DNA from: Rebecca billardiae RCC1528
Lineage: Eukaryota > Protista > Haptophyta
DNA length: 64,000 nt
Direction of reading: 5' to 3'
Assembly (NCBI GenBank): GCA_965240325.2
Contig: OZ251248.1
Coordinates: 186,001-250,000, forward strand
The notes beneath the pieces are model-generated. The model had not been told where the DNA came from. It saw only the letters and a program-made list of their open reading frames with translations, and did not search any database. The position numbers were made by a program, and so were the translations under genes. Positions 45,359 to 58,357 of this stretch are shown here, piece by piece (within the stretch, counting starts at the first letter, position 1; each line of letters begins with the position of its first letter).

Positions 45359-47072
45359 CGTCCCGGAGCACGGCCGGGCGCGCGCGTAGCGTTCGGTGGC
45401 GGACGAGCTGGCTTCTCGCGGCACCGCGTGGGCGAAAAGGGTCGGCGGCGCGGCTCGCGCTCGCATCTTCCCGCTTGCCACTGGCGAGTGGCGGGCGTTG
45501 CCCAGGAACTTTTCCGGACTCTTGCCGAAACCCAGCTGTCCGGCGAAGGCACTGAGAGCAGGACTCATTCCGTTCCGGACCAGCCCGGACAAACTGGACG
45601 GAGGTTGGAGGAGCTTGCAAACGGCGAGTCGGCGCGGGGCGGCGCACGTGCGCACGGCAGCTCACAATGCCCGCCGAGGTGGGCGCCGGGCGCGCACGCC
45701 GACGCTTGTCTTCACCGGCGTTTACCAGCGCCGCGCGGTCCCGTGCACGTGGCGTCGCCATTTCTTGTGATCCTGACTCGGATCTGGCGCCGAGTTGGTC
45801 GCGCGTCGCTTTGACGCGGCCAACAACACGTATGCGGCGCAAGGGCTGGCAGATGGCGGCGGCTGCGCCCTCTGACCGCGTTGGCGGGAGCGCTGAAAGC
45901 CACGTCCATCACCACCGTGGCAAGTGACTTCTCCGTCTGGCGGTCTCCGCTGCCCCGAGAATCCCTGTCGCCCGGGCACCGCGCCGGCTGGCCCGCGACC
46001 GCGGCCGGCTGCGGCGGCCCCACAAGGCAAGCACAGATGCGCAACCAGCTCTCAAACCAGTTGTGCGTGGTGGCATCGGGCACTCCCCTAGTAGCCAATG
46101 CGGTGCAGCGCGCGCGCGTCCAATGCACCACTTCTGATGGCGCAGATAGCCGGCTGGTCCGCCGGAGTGCCCGGCGCGGGCGACGCGGAGTAGTGTAAGT
46201 GCTGCCGATCAGCTCGGCCGCCAAGGGGTTGGCAGGGCAGCAGGCCCAGAGGGCGAGCCTTGCGGAGGGCTGAGGGCTTCGGCGAGGAGGCTGCGCACCG
46301 ACACACGCTGGAGCGCAGCTCCGTCGAGCCACGAGGGCGTCGCGGCGGGCGTGGTCAGCCAGCGGAACGGTCCTGTCGGCGGGTTGGCGCCACCCCCCGG
46401 GTTCATCACGTCGAAAGGCGCGCAGCGGAACCAGTGGCGCGCGCGCCCAAAGTGAAAGTGGCCGTGCGTATGCGTGGAACGGAGCCCTCCCGCTTCATCA
46501 GAAGCCCCATAGCCGGTTTGGCGGCCAAGCCGATCCGTAATATGGGTGGGCTGGATCTGCTCGTATGATCGATTATAGTTATGGGGTTCGCACGAAGCGG
46601 TGGCAAGGACAAAAAATGAGGATATGTCGATTCCGTCGATGACAATGAGCCAGGCGAGAGCGATACGGAAAAGCCTGATGATGTGAGTGATTGGCACTGA
46701 TGACGCAATCATGAGCACATCAGGGTACTCGCTAAGTTGTGGTCTCGCTGACCCGCGCTCCAGCGCGACCGGCCTGCGCTGAACTTTTCCTGGCGGTCCT
46801 CAAATGACATGACCGTGCGGCTGCCATCTGATTGGCCCAAGTCCGTTCGGGCCTCTGAATTCTGTCGCTCCCTCGATCGAGATTGGCCCTCGCGCGTCGG
46901 CGAGTTTCGTCCCGCGGAAAAATGACGAACTCTTCCGCTTGGCCGGCTAACCAGCGCGAGCGCGGCCCAAGACGGCACAGGATACCTGGACGAACGTCTC
47001 CGCGCGATGCTCGAGCTCTGCAGCCACCCAGCACACGGCCTGGGCCCATCCCCGGCGCCACACGCCGTGCAC

Positions 47073-48469
47073 ATGGTCGGCGTGAAGCGCAAGGCCACGG
47101 CCGCCCTGCACGACGGCTCCGCCGCGCGCCTCGCCCTCCTGCCCGACGTGCTGCGGCTCGTCGAATCGCAGACGCCGCACATCACGCACGCGGAGGTGCA
47201 CAACTTCTTCAGCTCGGCCGACGTGTCCGACGCGTACTTTGAGGAGAACGACGCGGACGCGATTGCCAGCCACATCGCCTCGGTCTGGGCCGCCAAGCTC
47301 CTCCTCGACGTCGGCTCCAGCATGGGCTCCGGCGCGGGCGCGGGCGTTGGGCCGACGCCGGCGCGCCACCACCACCACCACCACGCGTTGAGTTCGACGT
47401 CGCCTGACAGCCCTCTGGACTCGGAGGAGGGCGGCGCCTCGGACATGGACTCGGCGAGCGACGGCGACGCCCTGCGCATGGCCGACGCCCACGACGCGCT
47501 CCACGCCGGCCGCGACGATACCTCCGGCTCGGCCGGCAAGGCGAAGCAGTCGCGCCGGCTCGTGTGGACTGAGGACTTGCATCGGCGGTTCGAGGACGCC
47601 GTGGCGAAGCTCGGCTCTGAGAGTGCGCGCGGGCGCCCTGCGCCCCGCGCGCCCGCGGCGCGACCAGCCGCGCGTGCCGCGGGCGCCCGCCGCTCTCTCG
47701 CTCTCGCGCTGACCTGGCGCCCTGCGCGCCGCGCCTGCGCCGCCCGCCCGCCTTTTCGCCGCGCCGCAGACGCAAAGCCTCAGGCGATTCAGCAGCTGAT
47801 GAACGTGGACGGCATCACGACGCGGAACATCAAGAGCCACCTGCAGGTGCGTGCCGCGCGCGGCCGCGCGCGCGGGCGGCGCCGGGCCGTCGCCGCGCCC
47901 GATGCGCAGGCCTGCGCGCCCGCGCCGCGCGCCCGGCCCCGTCGCTCACCGCCCACCACCGCCCGCGCCGCTCGCCGCGCGCCGCTGCCCGCGAGCAGAA
48001 GTACCGGCTGCGCTTGCAGAAGCACCCCTCGACCACCTCGGCGCTGTCTGCGGGCGTCTCCTCCGCCGCGCGCTCGTGCGGCGTGCACAGCCTCTCCGTC
48101 TCGGACGCCGCCGCGGTCGCCGCCGCAGACTCGCTCTCGCCGCAGCTGCATGCTCAGCCGTCTCCCGGGGCGCGACCGTCAGACCTGCCGCCGCTGCCGC
48201 TGCCAGCACGACCGCTCGCCGACCAGACGACGACGCCGCCGGCGTCGCCGAGCGCGGGCGGCGAGGCCTCGGCGTTCGCGCACGCGGCCTCGCCCGCGCG
48301 CTCCCCGCACCCGACCGACGCGCACACCATGCACATGCCCGCCGCCATCCCCATGTCTGAGTCCTTCCAGTCACGCACAGCACACGAGCTCGGGCCTCGG
48401 CATCCGACCGACCGCTCGGCCGCCGCCGCGGCGGGCGGCGAGCTGTGGTCGCCGACAGCGCCGAGCTAG
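47073..48469 (+). CDS. GARP/G2-like (SHLQKYR) Myb transcription factor, 3 exons
   Basis: Exons 47073-47622, 47770-47846, 47999-48469 (365 aa; alternative ATG at 47007). RRLVWTEDLHRRFEDAVAKLG-NAKPQAIQQLMNVDGITTRNIKSHLQKYRL, LUX/ARR-B-like. Confidence 0.9.
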
Positions 48470-49520
48470 GGCGCGGCGAGCGCTGGGCAGGGCGCCGAGC
48501 TCGCTGCCGCCGCGTGTGCCTGTGGGCCGCGCGCTCGGCGGGCGCCCTGGCCTGGGTTGTCTTTTGGGGGCGGGCCGCGGACTGGCTGACGATTTTTTTT
48601 GTCCTCACGAGGGGGCGCCCTGCGCGGCCGGCCGACACGAGTGGCGGGCGGCGGCAGGGCGGAGTGCGCGTGCAGTGCTGTCTTGGCGACGGCGGGGGGA
48701 AGCGGAGTGACGTTGCTGCTGCACGGGGGAGACGGTGGATGACGACGCGGAGGACGAGCCAGAACGCACGGGGATTCACGCGCGGCCGCCTGACGGGCGC
48801 GCCGCTGGGAGGGCCTAGCGGCCGGGCGGAGCCGCCACGCGCTCGCGGTCGAGACGCGCGAGGCAACGGGATCCGAGGCGACGTGTGTGCGCGCGCGAGC
48901 GCGACGACGGCGCAGCGGAGGGAGACGACTGGGCGTGACGAACGACCGCGTGGCCAGTCCGGCCGCCAGCCGGACTGGCCGATGTGGTGCCAAAGGCAAC
49001 GCGGGGGCATCGTCACGCGGTGCCAGTGGCACTGAGTCGAGAGACCGACTGACCGGACGGCGGACCGGCCACCGGGCAACCGGATGGCGGCAAGGGGCCG
49101 CGTTGGAATCGTTGGATTCCAGGCGACGACGAGGGCGCAGCCTAGACTGCTGGGGTACCTTGATCAGAGCCGACGCACTCGCAGCGGACACTAGATAAGC
49201 CGCTTGGCAGGCGGTCAAAGCCGCTTGGCTGATGCGCCGACGGACGCGGTCCCGCCAAATCGACCGACGCCCTGCGCGGAGCGCCGCGCGGTCTCGTTCG
49301 CTGATGCGGAATGACGAAGTTCCGCCAGCCAACTTCAGTTTGTCGAGTTTGTGGCACGTTCGTTGCAACTCACTTGCTGGGTGAATAACGGAAAGACGAG
49401 CTGTCCGGACGACGGCCCTTGCTTTGGTCCTGCGCACCCGTGCGTCCTTGGTCCCTCGCAACGATCTCGAGGACGACCGGAGCCTTGGCCGTGAGCGTCT
49501 GAGCGACGCATCCCGGCCCC

Positions 49521-52311
49521 ATGGCGGACCGGCCACGCGCCCCGTCGCCCGAGGGGCCTGCCGAGGGCACGCCGGCCGACTTCGCCTCGCTTGGGCTGGA
49601 TGCTCGGCTGCACCGCGCCATGTGTAAGATGGGCTTCGACCAGCCCACGCCCGTGCAGGCGCGCTGCATCCCACTCGCGCTCGAGGGCAAGGACGTGCTC
49701 GCGCGCGCGCCCACGGGCTCGGGCAAGACGGTCGCGTACGCCGTGCCGCTGCTGCAGCGCATCCTGCAGGAATCGCGCGAGGCGCGGGGCGAGAGCGCGT
49801 CTGGCGTGCGCGCGCTCGTCCTCGTGCCCACCAGCGAGCTGTGCAACCAGGTGCACGCGGTCGTCACCTCTCTCCTCTCGTACGCGCGCTCGGGCGTTCG
49901 TGTCGCCCACGTCTCGGGCGACGAGCCGCTCGCGGCGCAGGCGGCGCGGCTGGCGCCGGCGAGCCTGCCGCAGCTGCTCATCGCCACGCCCGCGCGCCTC
50001 CTCCAGCTCCTCCGCGCCGGCCACCTCGCCCTCACCGACGGCGTCTTTGGCGCGCTCGTCGTTGACGAGGCCGACCTCCTGCTGTCGTACGGCTACGGCG
50101 ACGACCTGCGCCAGGTGCGCGGGCGCAGAGGGGCTGTGCGCGGGCGGCGACCTGCGCCAGGTGCGCGGGCGGCGGAGGGGCTGTGCGCGGGCGGCGGAGG
50201 GGCTGTGCGCGGGCGGCGACCTGCGCCAGGTGCGCGGGCGCCGGAGGGGCTGTGCGCGGGCGGCGACCTGCGCCAGGTGCGCGGGCGGCGGAGGGGCTGT
50301 GCGCGGGCGGCGGAGGGGCTGTGCGCGGGCGACGACCTGCGCCAGGTGCGCGGGCGGCGGAGGGGCTGTGCGCGGGCGCGGAGGGACACGCCCGTGCGGA
50401 GGGCCGGCGGGGGCCGCGGCGGGCATGCGGGGCGTGCACTGCGCGGCCGGCTGACTCGGGGCGCGAGGCGGTGGGCCGGGCGTGCGTAGCACAACCGAAG
50501 GGGCTGTGGGCGCTGACGCGGCTGCGCGGCGTGCGCGGCGGACCGGGTGTGCCGGTGCCGCGGGTGTGCTGAGCGCTGAGCGCAGAGCGGGCGACCCGTG
50601 CGTGAGGCTGGGCGCGGCGGTGCTGCCGCGCGCCGAGCGCGCCAGGGGGCTATATGCCTTGCAGAGCTGTGAGCTCTCTCACTCTCTCTCTCTCTGTGTC
50701 TGTGTGTGCGTGTGTGTGCCAACTGTGCGGCCGGGCGCGTGGGCAGCTGGGTGGGCGGCCGCGGTGGTGGCTAGCTTGGCCGCCTGTCAGCCTGCCCACA
50801 CGCTCACGCCGCCCGCCCCACCCGCCGCGGCGCACCGCAGCTCGCACCGCTGCTCCCGCCGTGCGTGCAGACGACTCTCATGTCCGCCACCCTCACGCCC
50901 GAGCTGCAGGAGGCGACGGCGCTGCTGCTGCACAACCCGGTGACGGTGGACATGGGCGCGCCCGAGCCGGGCGCGGGCGGCGCCGCGGCGGGCGGCGCCA
51001 CGCCGGGCTCGAGCTCGCCAGACCTCTCCCAGTATTGGCTCAGCTGCCCGTCGCGAGATAAATACCTGGTGATGTTCGCGCTGCTCAAGCTCAACCGTAT
51101 CCCGGGCCGGGCGCTCGTCTTCTGCAACGAGGTGCGCGGCGCACGGCGGCGCGGGGCGCGGGCGCCCGCCTCTGCGCCGCGCCTGCGCGCCGCGCCTGAC
51201 GCCCGCGCCCGCGCTCGCATGCGCGCCGCTCACGCGCGCGCGCGCCGCCGCACATCCGCGCGCGCGCCGCCACCGTCTCGCTCGCGCGCAGGTGTCGCGC
51301 TCATTCCGGCTGAAGCTCTTCCTCGAGCAGTTCGGCGTGCACTGCGGCGTGCTCAACGCCGAGCTGCCGCTCAACTCGCGCTGGCACATGATCCAGGCCT
51401 TCAACAAGGGCACCTTCGATCTGCTGATCGCGACGGACGACCCCCGGCTCGGGCAGCAGAGCGGCGCGGCCGCGGCGGCGGGCGGCGTGCCGGGCTCGGC
51501 GGAGGCGGGCGCGCCCCCCGAGGGCGGCCAAGGCGGCGGGCCCAAGGCGAAGCGCGGCCGGCAGAAGGGCAAGGGCGCGAAGGGCTCGGCCGCGGCGCAG
51601 CAGCAGCCGGGCGCGCACGCCAGCGCCGAGTTCGGCGTCTCGCGCGGCGTCGACTTCCAGGGTGTGACGGCGGTGATCAACTTCGACCTGCCCGAGACGA
51701 TCGCCATGTATCAGCACCGCGTCGGCCGGACCGCGCGCGCGGGGCTCGCCGGCACGGCGATCTCGTTCGCCGCGTCGGAGGAGCCGGCGCAGGCGGAGCA
51801 GATCCGTGCGCTGCGCGAGCTCTACGGTGAGGATGCGCTGCTGCCGCTCAACGTGGAGTTCTCCAAGCTCAACTCGTTCCGGTATCGCGTCGAGGACGCC
51901 ATTCGCTCCGTGACGCGCGCGGCGGTGCAGGAGGCGCGGCTCCGCGAGATCCGCTCCGAGCTGCTCAACTCGGCCGCGCTGCAGGCGCACTTTGAGGACC
52001 ACCCGGACGACCTGCACGTGCTGCGGCACGACCGCCCGCTCACGACCGTGCGCGCCGCGCCCGAGCTCAAGTCGATCCCGCGCTACCTGCTGCCCGACCG
52101 GCGGCAGGCGGTCGACCGGCAGCTGGGCGCGCAGCTGGCGCGGGTCGCGCGCTCGGCCAAGCGCCGGATGCCCGCGCAGGCGAAGCGCGCGGGCTCCAAG
52201 CACAAGCTAGGCGGCGGGCGCAAGCGCAAGCATGACCCGCTCGTCGCGCTCGGCGCTCGCGGCCGCAAGGCCGGCACGGCGGGCGGCGGCCCAAAACGCG
52301 CACGGCGCTAG
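49521..52311 (+). CDS. DDX56: DEAD-box RNA helicase DDX56/DBP9, 3 exons
   Basis: Exons 49521-50114, 50841-51131, 51292-52311 (634 aa). [84 protein letters not shown]. Confidence 0.95.
50102..50378 (+). repeat. Tandem repeat spanning the exon 1/intron 1 junction of DDX56
   Basis: Five copies of cgacctgcgccag|gtgcgcgggcg...ggggctgtgcgcgggc. Confidence 0.9.
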
Positions 52312-54283
52312 GTGGGCGCTGAGCTTGGGCGTGCCGCCGGGCGGAGCCGGAAGGGCGGTACTCCGTGGCTCGGCTTGATCGTGCAGCCGGGGGCGGGGGG
52401 CGACGGTGCCCGCTCCGCTCTGGCGCGCTCGCGGCCTGCGCACGCGGGCCGCAGTAGCATCAGACTCAGTCGTCGTTATTATTCGATGCGGTCCGGTCGT
52501 GACGAGCAGTAATCACTCAGTCAGTAACTGCGCTCGTCGTCGTGTCACTGACTGACACTCTGTCACTCAGACACTGTCAGCCGGCCAGCTGGTGCAGGTC
52601 GCGGCAAGACGGCATAATAATAGACGATCGAATATAACCGCGCCCCAGCGCCGCGTGCTCAGCTGCCGCGCGGGTTCGGACTTCGCGTCAGGCTGACAGA
52701 CTGAGACAGGCACGGCCGCACGGCGGCCCGGTATGCCGTACCGAATAACCGACTCGCCGCTGATGACAGGCTAAATGCGCCGTCCCGCCGCCTTGAGGCG
52801 TGACGGTGACGCCTGACGGTCCCTGACTACAGACTAGCCGACGACTATAACTCTGTTAGCAGTGACTGGGCCTATTTCATTTATGATGTTCACATATATA
52901 TATATATCTAATGTCACTTAGTCCCGACCAGTTGCTCTGGCTGTGTCGTACTAGTACGGCGGTAGTAGCAGTAGTCAGTAGCAGTGGCAGCGCCGACGGG
53001 CGAGTCAGTTTAGCGGACTGTCGCCCCTGTCAGCAGCCTGAGCTATGTAACTGATAATAATGACTGGCGGTCTCGGATTCGGCCCTCGGACTCACGGTGA
53101 CTGACGCCGTTGAATAAATCTAAGTTAGATTAATAATTAAAGTTCGATTGGTTGTTGTAATTCAAGTGCAGCGGCGGGACGGTCGTCAAATCGCTTGGCG
53201 TAGTGGTCCCAGAGGAGGCTGCTACTACTCACTAGCCCTGGCAAGCTTGCTATCTATGCCGGTCGTTGGTCAGCCGCCGTTTACAGGCGCGCACACGCCA
53301 CGCGTATTCGGCGAATCGTGTCCGTGTGGAACTTATGATGACTGTACCGCCGCGCAGCCCGCAACATTGATCGGTCCGACTCAGGACTTGTGGGGTCAGA
53401 CAGAACATTGATAGGTCTGCACCTTCACCTGGCATGCCCCAGAGGTCAGCACGGCCGTGAGCAGGGTGATCCTGGGGCCACTTCCCCATCCCATCCTTCA
53501 CCCATGCGCAGCCCCAGCCGCCTTGCAGTTGCACGCGCGCCCGGGTCGGCACGATCTGACAGATGACATGGACGTGGACATGAGAGTGGTGGACAAGTCG
53601 GAGGGGAAGCCGCTACTCAGCCCCACGTGCTCGTACGGCGACGCCGACCGGCGTGTGGCACACACCCCGGTCCCGGACGTGCCACACGCGCCGTGGATCG
53701 CGGTGGGACGGGCAGCTCCTTACGTTTGCAATAACATGAGTTTACCCGTTTTCATGTGGACCCCCGTTACCCCGTAGCTCAATGATGAGCGCTAGCTCAG
53801 TTTTGATTACGCGCAACATCGATGAGCTTTTCATGACCTATTGGCAACGAGCGCCTTGATGAATACCAGCGATCGATTTTGAACAGGCTCAATGCCTCAA
53901 AGCGCAGCCCTGATGAATAGGGCCTCATATTGCTTTGGATGCTTAAGACAACCGGAGTGCAAGATTCGTCGCGCAATTATGCATCACCTGGTGCTCACGG
54001 TAACCGTAACCGTTAGGGTTTTTTCAATATACTTCGGTTGTACCGCATAGTTTGAGTGGCAATCTCAATCAGGCGTTCATTATTTCTTTGCTCACAGAGT
54101 GCTCATGCTCGGCATATAGGGGTAGGCGACTTGCGCCGATTGGCTCCTAGCCCAGGGAGATAAGATCCCTCGGGATGCGGCCGGGCGCGGGTGGGCAGGT
54201 GCACTCGAAGGTGGCGTGTCCGCTGGTCGATGGGGGGGCTGCTGCAGCATTAAAGCCGCACCCGTCAGCTACTTGTGGCAACA

Positions 54284-57200
54284 ATGCTGCGCCTCTCGAA
54301 CGCGCGGCGCCGCGCGAACGTCGTGCTCGTGACCGACCCGGGGCCCGACCCGGACGACGTCAAAGGTGTGCGCCCGCCGCGGGCCCCGCCCGGCGAGGAC
54401 GTGGGCTGCGGGCCGCGCGTATACGCGACGGCGGCCCACCCGCCGCTGCTACGGAGCGGGGCGGGCGGCGCGCGACGGCCGGCAGCTCTGGTTGCTCGCG
54501 CGCCTGCCGCGGGCGGTGTGAGCTGGTGGCACACCACCGCTCTCTCCGCCCTCTCCTGCCGGCTGCCCCGCGCCCCTCGCTCGGCTGCGCCCGCCCTCGC
54601 GCTCACTCGTCCTGCCGCGCGACCCCGCCCGCGCGCACGCGCGCGCCGTGGACGCGGCCGCTACCGGGTGCGCGCGACGCGCGAGCAGCGCTGCTCGTCG
54701 CGGCGATCTTGCACAAGCAGGGCGCGATCACGCTCGCCGCCGTCGTCGCGAACGGCGGGCAGCAGTCCAACAAGCGCGCGAAGCTCGCGCAGCGCATTCT
54801 TGACCTGCTAGAGGTCAACAACGTGCCGGTCGGGATCGGCTCGCAGGGCAAGGCGTACGCGGCGAAGCCGCACGAGTACGCGCTGGTGGGGTACGAGAGC
54901 GTCGACGAGTCGCGGCTCGTCGACGGCGGCGAGCTCCTCGCCGACGTCCTCCGCCGCGCGCGCCGCGCCAGCCTGTCGTTTGTTCTGATCTCGTCGATGC
55001 GAGATGTCGCCGATCTGATTGCGGACAAGCCCGAGCTGTTCGTGGCGAAGGTGCGCCACGTGTGCATCCAGGGCGGGCTCGAGCCCTCGGAGACCGCGCC
55101 GAGCGGGTACGTCGGCGACTCGTCGGTGAACAACGGTGCGCGCGCGCGCGAGAGCGAGCCGCCTCCGTGCGAGCGAGCGGGCCCTGCGCGGGCCGGAGTG
55201 CTCGCCGCGTTGCCGCCCGAGCCGCGCCAGCGCCGCGCGGCGCCGCCCGCCTGCGCGGCGCTCACGGCGCCCTCTCCCCGCGGCTCGCTCGCGCGCACAC
55301 GACCGCGCCGCGCGCGCGCGGCCCGCGCGCGCACGCAGGCTTCGACCCGGACGCGGCGAACGCCGTGTATGACTTTTGCTTTGGCCGCGGCGTGCGCATG
55401 AGTGTCGTGAGCCGCGCGGCGGTGCCGATGCTGCCGATGCAGCTCGCCAAGTCGTTCGCGCTGCGCACGGACTGCCCGATCATGCACTACCTGGCGGACG
55501 CGCAGTTCCTCGGGCTGGAGGGGCTGTGGAAGCGGCTGTGCGCGGGCGAGCTCCCGCCGCGCTGCACCAAGCAGTGGTACTTTGAGACTTTCTGCGGAAT
55601 CACCGCCGTCGAGTTTTCGCGCGCCGGCTACGAGCGGCTCGACGCCAACGTCGATATCCTCCGCCACCTCAACGGCTACGTGAAGCCGTACGACGGTGCG
55701 CGCACGCGCCGCCGAGCGCGGCGCGCACGGCGCGGCGTGCGCACCGCGCCGCCGTGCGCGCGCCAGGCTGGCCGCTCCCCGCGCGCGGCGCGCGCGCGCG
55801 CGCGCGCGCGCCGGCCCGCCCCAGCGCGCGCGCCTGCCCGCGCGCTGAGCTCCGCTCTGCGCGCCCCCGCCCCCCCACGCGGCTGCGCTGGCGGCTTGAT
55901 GGCGGTGTGTGTGTGCGGTCTGGTGGCGCGCAGTGGTGGCTCTGATGGCGGCGCTCCCGGACAACATCGCGCTCGACATCTTCGCGCCGCACGCCGAGGT
56001 CGATGTGCCCACCTCCGAGGGCGAGCCGGTCTCTCACCAGCTGCTGCTGTCCCCAGGCCACGCGCTCGACGTGCGGCATGTGATGCGCACGCTGCGCGAC
56101 ACCTATCACGAGGTGGTGATCGCGACGGCGCGCGCGCTGCGCACGCCGCGCTCCGGCACGGGCTCGATGAAGGCGACGCCGCGCGACACGGCCAACGGCG
56201 GCGAGCAGTCCAGCTCGCCGCGCTCGACGGCGATGACCGAGGCGGCGATGGGAGCGCACATGGCCTTTGCGCAGCTCGGCTCGCCCGCGCGCACGCTCGA
56301 CAGCCCGCTGCCGTTCGCCTCCAAGGCCTCGTTCAAGTCGAAGGGGCGGCTCCGCTCCGACGGCTCGTTCGCGATCGAGCGGATGGCGGACGGCGTGCCC
56401 TCGCGCGCCGCGGACGGCGTGCTGAGCGAGGACGACATCGTCGCGCAGCTCGAGCTCGCCATCGACGACGCGCGGCTCGGCATGCAGCGGCTCACGCGCT
56501 ACTCTGCGGGCCTCGGGTACAGCCTCTTCTTCGGCGGCGTCGTCTTCGCGGCGCTCGGCGCGTTCCTCGCGTTCCCGCTGGACGAGCCGACGAACCTGGC
56601 GATCATGTTCATCTCGTGCATCGCGTGGGTGAGTGGGCTGCCGCTGCTGCTGCTCGCGCTCTTCCCGACGCGCTCGCACCGTTGGCTCATGCACCTGTGG
56701 TCGGCGCTTCTCGGGTTGCTCTGCGCGGGCGGCGGCGCAATCTACACCGCGTGGACGCTCTCCGCGCTCTGCCAGCCCACCTTCTCCGAGGCCCGGCACA
56801 GCTGCCACCACCACGTCAACGTGGCGGTGGGCGGCGCGCTCGTCTCGGCAGTGCTCTACGCGCTCGCGCTGCTGCAGCTGCGCGCCGTCACGCGGCCGAG
56901 CGCGGGGGCACACCTCCGGCTGCTCTGGCGCTCCGTCGCGCTGCTCGCGCTCGCGTTCGCGCTCAACGAGATCCACCTGATGGTGTACGACGAGCTGTAC
57001 ACGCCCGACCGCGTGGTGACGCCCGCGCACGCGCTGTTCGTGGCGATGGTCTCGGTGGTCGCCATCGTGATGCTCGCGCCCGGCTCTCGCCCTGCGGGGC
57101 ACGGCATAGTCTCACGCATCATCGGCTCCAACGGCCAGCGCGCAGGCCTCGCGCCGCTGATCGGCGGGCTCGACCGCCCGATCGACGCGGCCTCGCTCGC

Positions 57201-58161
57201 CGCCGAGGGGATCCGGTGCTTCCGGCCCGTGCCGCTCGGCGAGGAGGTGTTCGCGCTGCTCCGCGCGCACCGCTCGACCTCGCTCTCCTCGAACGCCTCC
57301 TCCATGCAGACGAGTCCGTACGACCCGACGCTCGGCACAGGGCTGGTGGGCGCGACACCGCTGCGGCGACACGAACCCAACCCGGTCGTCGCGGCCGCGG
57401 CGAGGCTGGTCCGGCTCGGCTCCGCCGAGGGCCCGTACCACGTGGGCTCGGCGCACGGCGAGAAGCTGTACCGCCCGCCCACGTTCGTCGCGACCGCCTT
57501 CGCGCGGCGCACGATGCTCGGGCCCGCCGCCGCGTCCTCGGCGTCGCTGCGCGTGCTGCCGACTGACTCTGCGGGCGCCAACCGCGCGCGCGGCGAGCTC
57601 GACGGCGGCACCGCGACCATCTACGTCGACGGCGAGCCCGCCGACGCGTACATTGTCCACTCCACCTTCGACTCGGCGGAGCACAAGTCGACCGCGCTGC
57701 GCGAGTGGGCGCGCCACTTCGTCGCGCAGCACGGGCGGCAGGCGATCGTGTGGTACGACGGCGCGTGCGTCGACCCGTCGCTCACCTCGGCCGCGCGGCT
57801 CGCGCACATGCCAGTCTACCTCGCGCGCTCGAGGCGACTGCTGGTGCTCGCCGGCCCGACGCTCGTGACGAGGCTGTGGCCGGTGCTCGAGCTGTACGCG
57901 TGGCTCGCGATGGGCGGCAGCCTCGACGACGTGGACATCATCCCGATCGTGCCGGGCGACGACGACACGGAAGCCCTCCTCGCCTCCTTTGACGCGTTCC
58001 ACGTCGCGTACGCGCGCGCGGCCGGCAGCGCGGAGCGCCGCCTCTTCCTGCAGGCCATCGACTTTGCGTCGGTGGGCACGATCAACGAGGCGGTGCGCTC
58101 CTACCTGAGCATCATTCGGCAAAAGCTGGCCGCGGAGGACGACGCGGTGGAGGCAATATGA
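54284..58161 (+). CDS. Fusion protein: nucleoside hydrolase-like domain + multi-pass TM region + C-terminal TIR-like domain, 4 exons
   Basis: Exons 54284-54365, 54689-55135, 55339-55695, 55934-58161 (1037 aa). NH: VLVTDPGPDPDDVKAL, VCIQGG, NNGFDPDAA, PYDVVAL. About 6 hydrophobic helices. TIR-like: DAYIVHS, VWYDGACVD, MPVYLARSRRLLVLAG, TRLWPVLELY. Confidence 0.8.
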
Positions 58162-58357
58162 ATGATCCGTGGCGGCCATTCGGTCCGCTGCGGGCTCGCG
58201 GCGAGCGACGGCGACTGCGTCTGCAGAGGGCAGTCACGGAAAGGCGGGCGCCCCCCCCCCCCCGCGCGCGCCGGTATTATTTATATTGGCTGCTGCTACT
58301 TCTATATATATATATAGAGTCTAGCTGAATTATCGTCGTCTATTATACGCTAAGCAC

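Noticed and set aside
53110-54170. AT-richer region with a faint OTU-protease-like peptide (GGCYYSLALAS) and a telomere-like taaccgtaaccgttaggg
   Set aside because: Fragmented by stops; resemblance too weak to support.
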